Source of the DNA: Desulfatiglandales bacterium
GTDB lineage: Bacteria > Desulfobacterota > DSM-4660 > Desulfatiglandales > HGW-15
Reading direction: 5' to 3'
DNA length: 64,000 nt
Assembly: GCA_963667015.2 (NCBI GenBank)
Contig: CAXXJJ010000004.1
Location: 2,912,001 to 2,976,000 of the forward strand
Under the pieces are notes generated by a model. That model searched no databases. It was not told where the DNA came from and worked only from the letters and a program-made list of their open reading frames with translations. The position numbers and the translations under genes were made by a program. This document shows positions 58,345-64,000 of this stretch, piece by piece. Numbering within the stretch: the stretch's first letter is position 1; every line of letters starts with the position of its first letter.

Positions 58345-58726
58345 GCAGCCTCTCAACAAATATTTGCTTTAAGTAATTGATATTTAATACATTATCCATA
58401 CCTGGCAAAAGTATCTTTTTTCACTAGGCAGTAGTATATGTAAATGTTTTTTACAGGATGTAAAAATAGTGAGCCGGCAGTTTTTTAATGCAGGGATTTA
58501 TGATCAAACCGGTCTTTTCAGTTTTTTATTTTCAGATCGGATTTTATTTAAAAAAAGGATTTTCAAGCCTTGACAATTTTAATGCAGTGATTAGGTTGTT
58601 GCGTCATTATTGCATTAGTCATATCAGTAACTTAGACATATCGTCTGGAGCAGGTTACTCTATATTTTTAGGTCAGTTTTAATTATTTATTTATATTCTT
58701 TTTATTATTTAAGGAGGATAAAGGAC

Positions 58727-59017
58727 ATGAACATTAAACCTTTAAACGACAGGGTCCTTGTTTTAAGAATCGAAGGGGAACAGAAAACTTCAGGAGGAAT
58801 TTATATTCCGGATACAGCAAAGGAAAAACCGCTTGAGGGTAAGGTAGTTGCTGCCGGGCCCGGCAAGACCGATGAAAAGGGAAACCGAATTGCAATGGCT
58901 GTAAAAAAGGGAGACAAAATACTGTTCGGTAAATATGCAGGCACGGAAATCAAGGTTAACGGTGTTGAACATCTTATCATGAGAGAAGATGATATTCTTG
59001 GTGTTATAGAAGGCTAA
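58727..59017 (+). CDS. groES: Co-chaperonin GroES
   Basis: [10 protein letters not shown]...[13 protein letters not shown]. Confidence 0.99.
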   Translation: MNIKPLNDRVLVLRIEGEQKTSGGIYIPDTAKEKPLEGKVVAAGPGKTDEKGNRIAMAVKKGDKILFGKYAGTEIKVNGVEHLIMREDDILGVIEG

Positions 59018-59035
59018 TCAGGGAGGAACATTATT

Positions 59036-60655
59036 ATGGCAAAGAAAGAAATCAAATACAGCGCCAGCGCCAGAGAAAAGACAATGATCGGTGTCGACAC
59101 CCTGGCCAATGCTGTAAAGGTAACATTCGGCCCCAGAGGCAGAAACGTTCTTATAGAAAAATCATGGGGATCACCGGTTGCTACCAAGGACGGTGTAACC
59201 GTGGCAAAGGAGATCGAGCTTGAAGACAAGTTTGAAAACATGGGCGCTCAGATGGTCAAGGAAGTTGCATCAAAGACATCGGATGTAGCCGGTGACGGAA
59301 CAACCACAGCCACCATCCTTGCACAGGCAATTGTAAGAGAAGGATTAAAGCTGGTTACCTCGGGGATTAATCCCATGTCCATCAAAAGAGGTATAGACAG
59401 ATCTGTGGCAATGGTTGTTGAAGAACTTAAAAAGATAAGCAAACCCACCAAGGATAAAAACGAGATCGCACAGGTAGGAACAATTTCAGCGAATAACGAC
59501 CGAACCATCGGTGATATCATTGCAGAGGCAATGGAAAAGGTCGGCAAGGAAGGTGTTATAACCGTTGAAGAGGCAAAATCAATGGAAACCTCCCTTGAGA
59601 TAGTTGAGGGTATGCAGTTTGACAGGGGTTACCTGAGCCCGTACTTTGTAACAAATGCCGAAAAGATGGTTGTGGATCTTGATGAACCCTACATTCTTCT
59701 TCACGAGAAAAAAATCACCAATATGCGGGATATTCTTCCTATCCTTGAGAAGATTGCCCAGTCAGGACGGCCCTTTGTTATAATATCCGAGGATGTTGAG
59801 GGTGAAGCCCTTGCAACCCTGGTAGTAAACCGTCTCAGAGGCACCCTTAAATGTGCGGCTGTCAAGGCCCCTGGTTTTGGTGACAGAAGGAAGGCAATGC
59901 TTGAGGATATCGCTATACTCACCGGCGGAAAAGTTATAAGCGAAGACATGGGTCAGAAACTTGAAAACATGACCCTTGAAGACCTGGGAACAGCCAAAAA
60001 GATAACCATCGACAAAGACAACACCACCATAGTAGACGGCGGCGGGGACAGAAAGGCACTTGAAGGAAGGGTAAAACAGATCAGAAACCAGATCCAGGAT
60101 ACCACGAGCGACTACGACAGGGAAAAACTTCAGGAACGCCTTGCCAAACTTATCGGCGGTGTAGCGGTTATTAATGTAGGCGCTGCAACAGAGGCGGAAA
60201 TGAAGGAGAAAAAGGCCAGGGTTGAGGATGCACTCAACGCCACAAGGGCGGCTGTTGAAGAAGGCATTGTCCCGGGCGGCGGTGTAGCACTTGTACGTGC
60301 TCAGAAGGTTCTTGAAAACGTAACCTTTGAGGGCGAAGAACAGGCAGGTCTGAACATTATCAAAAAGGCCATTGAAGAACCGCTCAAACAGCTGGCAAAT
60401 AATGCGGGTTTTGAAGGTTCTGTTGTAGTTAAAAACGTTTTGGCCCTTTCAGGCAATAAAGGCTTTAATGCAGAGACCGGCGAGTATGAAGATGTAGTCA
60501 AGGCCGGAATAATCGACCCCACAAAGGTCACCAGGTTTGCACTTCAGAATGCTTCCTCTGTAGCAGGACTGCTTATGACCACAGAGGCCATGGTGGCTGA
60601 AAAGCCTGAAAAGAAAAAGGCCGCGGCACCTGCAATGCCTGAGGATATGTATTAA
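59036..60655 (+). CDS. groEL: Chaperonin GroEL
   Basis: [22 protein letters not shown]. Confidence 0.99.
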   Translation: MAKKEIKYSASAREKTMIGVDTLANAVKVTFGPRGRNVLIEKSWGSPVATKDGVTVAKEIELEDKFENMGAQMVKEVASKTSDVAGDGTTTATILAQAIVREGLKLVTSGINPMSIKRGIDRSVAMVVEELKKISKPTKDKNEIAQVGTISANNDRTIGDIIAEAMEKVGKEGVITVEEAKSMETSLEIVEGMQFDRGYLSPYFVTNAEKMVVDLDEPYILLHEKKITNMRDILPILEKIAQSGRPFVIISEDVEGEALATLVVNRLRGTLKCAAVKAPGFGDRRKAMLEDIAILTGGKVISEDMGQKLENMTLEDLGTAKKITIDKDNTTIVDGGGDRKALEGRVKQIRNQIQDTTSDYDREKLQERLAKLIGGVAVINVGAATEAEMKEKKARVEDALNATRAAVEEGIVPGGGVALVRAQKVLENVTFEGEEQAGLNIIKKAIEEPLKQLANNAGFEGSVVVKNVLALSGNKGFNAETGEYEDVVKAGIIDPTKVTRFALQNASSVAGLLMTTEAMVAEKPEKKKAAAPAMPEDMY

Positions 60656-60805
60656 AAACAGGGCGCAGGGCAAAAGGCTCAAGGTACAGGGCTAAAAATA
60701 TATCCGGTGCTGTGCTGTTTTGTCGGGCAGCACCGGAAAAATGTTGAAATATCATCCCTCTTTCTGATATGTACTTGCCCACTTTAATAAACAGGATAAT
60801 GGCTA

Positions 60806-61168
60806 ATGAATAAAAAGAAACTTCAGCAGTTCAAAAAAATACTTACTGAACAACTCGACACACTTATGGATAAAAGCAGCCGGAACAGGGTTACTGCACT
60901 TGCTGAATCCGAACAGATATCCGATTTTACTGATCAGGCAACACTGGAATCCGATATTGACATGAATATTCATATCAAGGAAAGAGACAGCAAACTGATC
61001 ATAAAACTCAAACAGGCCCTTGAAAGAATCGAGGACGGGACATATGGCATATGTGATCAGTGTGAAGAGGAAATATCCGAAGCAAGGCTGGAGGCACGTC
61101 CTGTAACCACTGTATGTATTGACTGCAAAAGGGCGCAGGAAAATCTGGAGAGATTAAGAGGAGATTAA
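60806..61168 (+). CDS. dksA: DksA/TraR C4 zinc-finger protein
   Basis: DFTDQA, YGICDQC...RLEARP....CIDC. Confidence 0.9.
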   Translation: MNKKKLQQFKKILTEQLDTLMDKSSRNRVTALAESEQISDFTDQATLESDIDMNIHIKERDSKLIIKLKQALERIEDGTYGICDQCEEEISEARLEARPVTTVCIDCKRAQENLERLRGD

Positions 61169-61171
61169 TAT

Positions 61172-63787
61172 TTATAAAACTTCATTATTTGCCATACTTA
61201 ATATTTTTTTAATATCGGCGTTTAATTTTGATTTGTAATAATTCACAGAGCTGTCGTTTCCCATAATCATATCAAGCTGCCTGGTATGTATAGTAAGATA
61301 TCCAAGTATCTTAAGGCGGCCTATCATAAACTCTTCATCAAATCCTTCTATCCTTGAAATAAGATTGTCTTCATTGATCGACACACTGAATCCGTAATCC
61401 TCAAGGATAGACCTGATGAAAAAAACCCTGCCGGTTCTCCTGCCTTCATCCGCCGCTCCGCCTTTAAACTGAAAACTGATATAATTTTCACCGCGCCTTT
61501 CACTGACCAGTGCTTCAATGGTTGAGAAATGAAATCCAAGCCTTGAACTCAGGCTGCAGTAGTTTTTTGATATCAGGAAATAATTGCGTTCTGAATATTT
61601 GGTTGATGCCCCTGTTTCAAGATCACGATTAGCAGTAGCCCGAAACATAACCGACATTAGTCCCCTGCCGTCCACGGGAGGAGGCCCTTCCCAGGGGATT
61701 GCAATTATGCCTTCCCATAGGGCAAGCATGGGGACAGATGCGATATCATCTATCTTCACATATTTTCCGATCACCTCATGCCTGAATCCGTCATCCAGGT
61801 TTAGAATCCACCACTGCATGGGAACCTTGAAATAAAGCTGTTTGCTTGACCGCTCAGGAAAGCTGTGATCTCTTCCAAAACTGAACATCTCGTCCACGGA
61901 TTTTTCATGGCATAACCGTGTAATGTCATGAAAGGTCTGGCAGCCGGAAGCTTTAAACTCCACAGAGGAAGGATCAAGGAGATTCAAGGGGATGATATTT
62001 TTTGCCGCATCCCTCAGGGATTCAAATACAGGGCTTCCCTCCATCATATTCCTTTTAGGCTTTTTCCTTTCAAGCAGAGACTCGACTCTTCCTCTGTACA
62101 CAGCGGTTCTTTCCGCATCAATCGTAACAACATCTTCACCGGCAAGAAGCTCAACCGCCCTTTCCATTCCAAATATGGCGGGGACATTAAACTCCCTTGC
62201 CACATTTGCCAGATGTCCTGTTATGCTCCCGTGCTCTGTTACTACCGCGGATGCCCTGCTTAAAAGAACCGCCCACCGGGGTAATGCCTGCACTGTAACC
62301 AGCACCGCCCCTTCCGGAAAACGAAGAAGATCCGCCTCCTTTTTAAGAATAAAAACCCGACCTGACCCCGCACCCGGACTGGCAGTAAATCCGCCTCGAT
62401 TAATCACGTTATCACCTTCAACCCCGAAATGCTCATCAGGAATAAGGTCTTCTATATTTTCCGCCTGCTGCAGGGGCCTGCATTGCAGTATAACGATGGA
62501 ACCGTCTGCCCCTATTGCCCACTCTATGTCCTGGGGAAAACCGTAAAAGGACTCAAGACCGATTACAGCCTTTGCAATCTCGATTGCCTCATCATCTGTC
62601 AATGAAGGTGAATCATTCATTTCACCTGTAATATCCATCCTGCAGATACCTTCATCCGCATAACAGACGAATTTTTCATCCTTATGCACTATATTTCTTT
62701 CCAGCACAGCCATTGGATTATCACGTGAAATTCTGAAGAGGTCTGCCGGAGTGCTCCCGTCAACAACGGGCTTTGGAAGCCCCCATACCGAGCTTATCAG
62801 AACATCCCTGTTCCTGTGATTAACGGGATCTATTGAATAGGCTACGCCTCCTGAACGGGCATCAACCATACTGAGGCACCCCACGCACATGGCTATTGAC
62901 TCATCCCTCATACCCCTGTTCAACCGGTAGGCCATGGCAGCCGGACTGTATTTACTGGCCAGAATACTTTTGTATGAACTGATAATATTTTCCCTGCTGA
63001 CATTCAGTTCCGAACGGTATTGCCCGGCAAATGACGCCCCGGGCATATCCTCTCCAAGGGCGCTGCTGCGTATTGCAACACGTATGTTCTCTCCGTCCTT
63101 ATCCTCAAGAATTCGGTACTGCTCCCATATCTCTTTTTCAAGATCTTCTGGTAATGGTGAATTGAATATCAGTTTCTGAATTGCGGAACTTATGCTGTAG
63201 ATTTTATCCGGGCTGTCATCCTGAAGAGTCTGTAACAGACGGTTTATTTCGTTCTGAATGTCATTGTGTTTTATAAACCTGCGGTAGGCAGTTGAGGTAA
63301 TGGCGAACCCATTTGATATCCTGTAACCGGTTTTTGAAAAAATCTCTCCAAGATTCGCCATTTTACTGCCTACCTGATCGGTATATTCCCTGTTCACCTT
63401 ATCAAGGGGGATGGTCAGAAGCCCCTCTTCGGAACTGTCGTGGTACACAAGATAAGGATTGATTTTTTTCTGTATTTCAATGAATCTCTGATAAAGCTCA
63501 TCATATTTTCCGGAGGTCAGTTCGTTAAGATTTTTTATAATCTGCCAGACACTTGTTGATACACGGGTGCATCGTGACCGGACATATGACATGCCGAAGG
63601 GTTTCTCGCCCCTCAGGGCATTCTCGATCTCAGCCATTATTTCAAGTGCCTTGTTGTTGGCATTGAGGAGCAGTTTAAAGTGATGGTATCTGTCGCGGAA
63701 ATCATTACGGAGCCTTTCCGCCTCAGCAGCATCAATTTCTGTTTTTTTCGAGAATTTATCTTTTATTCTGTTTATGAATTCAAGCAT
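61172..63787 (-). CDS. PEP synthase/PPDK-like protein (ATP-grasp + swivelling His domain)
   Basis: GSKMANLGE, VAIRSSA.GED...SFAGQY, QDIEWA, QCRP, GSITGHLANVARE. Confidence 0.9.
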   Translation of the reverse strand: MLEFINRIKDKFSKKTEIDAAEAERLRNDFRDRYHHFKLLLNANNKALEIMAEIENALRGEKPFGMSYVRSRCTRVSTSVWQIIKNLNELTSGKYDELYQRFIEIQKKINPYLVYHDSSEEGLLTIPLDKVNREYTDQVGSKMANLGEIFSKTGYRISNGFAITSTAYRRFIKHNDIQNEINRLLQTLQDDSPDKIYSISSAIQKLIFNSPLPEDLEKEIWEQYRILEDKDGENIRVAIRSSALGEDMPGASFAGQYRSELNVSRENIISSYKSILASKYSPAAMAYRLNRGMRDESIAMCVGCLSMVDARSGGVAYSIDPVNHRNRDVLISSVWGLPKPVVDGSTPADLFRISRDNPMAVLERNIVHKDEKFVCYADEGICRMDITGEMNDSPSLTDDEAIEIAKAVIGLESFYGFPQDIEWAIGADGSIVILQCRPLQQAENIEDLIPDEHFGVEGDNVINRGGFTASPGAGSGRVFILKKEADLLRFPEGAVLVTVQALPRWAVLLSRASAVVTEHGSITGHLANVAREFNVPAIFGMERAVELLAGEDVVTIDAERTAVYRGRVESLLERKKPKRNMMEGSPVFESLRDAAKNIIPLNLLDPSSVEFKASGCQTFHDITRLCHEKSVDEMFSFGRDHSFPERSSKQLYFKVPMQWWILNLDDGFRHEVIGKYVKIDDIASVPMLALWEGIIAIPWEGPPPVDGRGLMSVMFRATANRDLETGASTKYSERNYFLISKNYCSLSSRLGFHFSTIEALVSERRGENYISFQFKGGAADEGRRTGRVFFIRSILEDYGFSVSINEDNLISRIEGFDEEFMIGRLKILGYLTIHTRQLDMIMGNDSSVNYYKSKLNADIKKILSMANNEVL

Positions 63788-64000
63788 TCAGATCCCGATG
63801 ATGTTGAATTGGTCAGAAATAATTGTATCTATTTTCAATACAAAATAGAAGCCGATTTTAAAAAAGGGCAAATTGCGTTATTTATGTGCCTTATGTTCGC
63901 TATAAAATTACCCATTGGAAACAGATAATGAATACTTCATCCCTCTGGTGTCGTATAATTTGCCGACTGTCATCTCTCGACTGAAAGGAGATCCTGCTTT

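Noticed and set aside
58560..58726. CIRCE operator before groES
   Set aside because: No TTAGCACTC-N9-GAGTGCTAA; only TTGACA and an imperfect TAATGCA...TGCATTA repeat of unclear meaning.
60656..60745. Short AGGGC/AAGG repeats and CCGGTGCTG/CAGCACCGG hairpin after groEL
   Set aside because: Probably a terminator or stabilising stem; too short to support anything more.
29651..62546. Many 60-220 aa ORFs antisense to or overlapping real genes
   Set aside because: Shadow ORFs with no motifs, opposite well-supported CDS.
63968..64000. REP-like TGTCATCTCTCGACTGAAAGGAGATCCT
   Set aside because: Single copy at the window edge; cannot be shown to be a repeat.

Overview
The window has two very different halves. 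Bases 1 to about 30,580 are the distal part of a large, AT-rich integron cassette array on the + strand. I count about 49 attC sites by eye (RYYYAAC...GTTRRRY cores with imperfect inverted repeats). No intI/attI is in the window, so the array probably continues upstream of base 1 or is a CALIN. It holds about 40 mostly hypothetical gene cassettes (GNAT, HNH, HEPN-like, TPR, lipoproteins, a GT51+nucleotidyltransferase pair, two toxin-antitoxin cassettes, an Acg nitroreductase). It also holds two multicopy families of gene-less cassettes and an IS91-type Y2 transposase/tyrosine recombinase module inserted backwards into an attC. The most unusual signals are: (i) family A gene-less cassettes built from 2-3 co-varying 38-nt palindromes; (ii) family B gene-less cassettes whose head and tail also frame unrelated ORFs, like a cassette 'chassis'; (iii) the IS91/recombinase module, which carries its own inverted attC-like end and an A8G -1 frameshift; (iv) the anchorless GT51+NTase cassette. 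Bases 30.6-64 kb look like ordinary chromosome, probably of a Desulfobacterota-like anaerobe (inference from gene content): HDOD-GGDEF, OprO/P porin, a dense sigma-54/two-component cluster with TauE and DASS transporters, a GNAT-like/HDAC fusion, groES-groEL, dksA and a PEP-synthase-like protein. All coordinates were read by hand and may be off by a few bases; no database searches were run.
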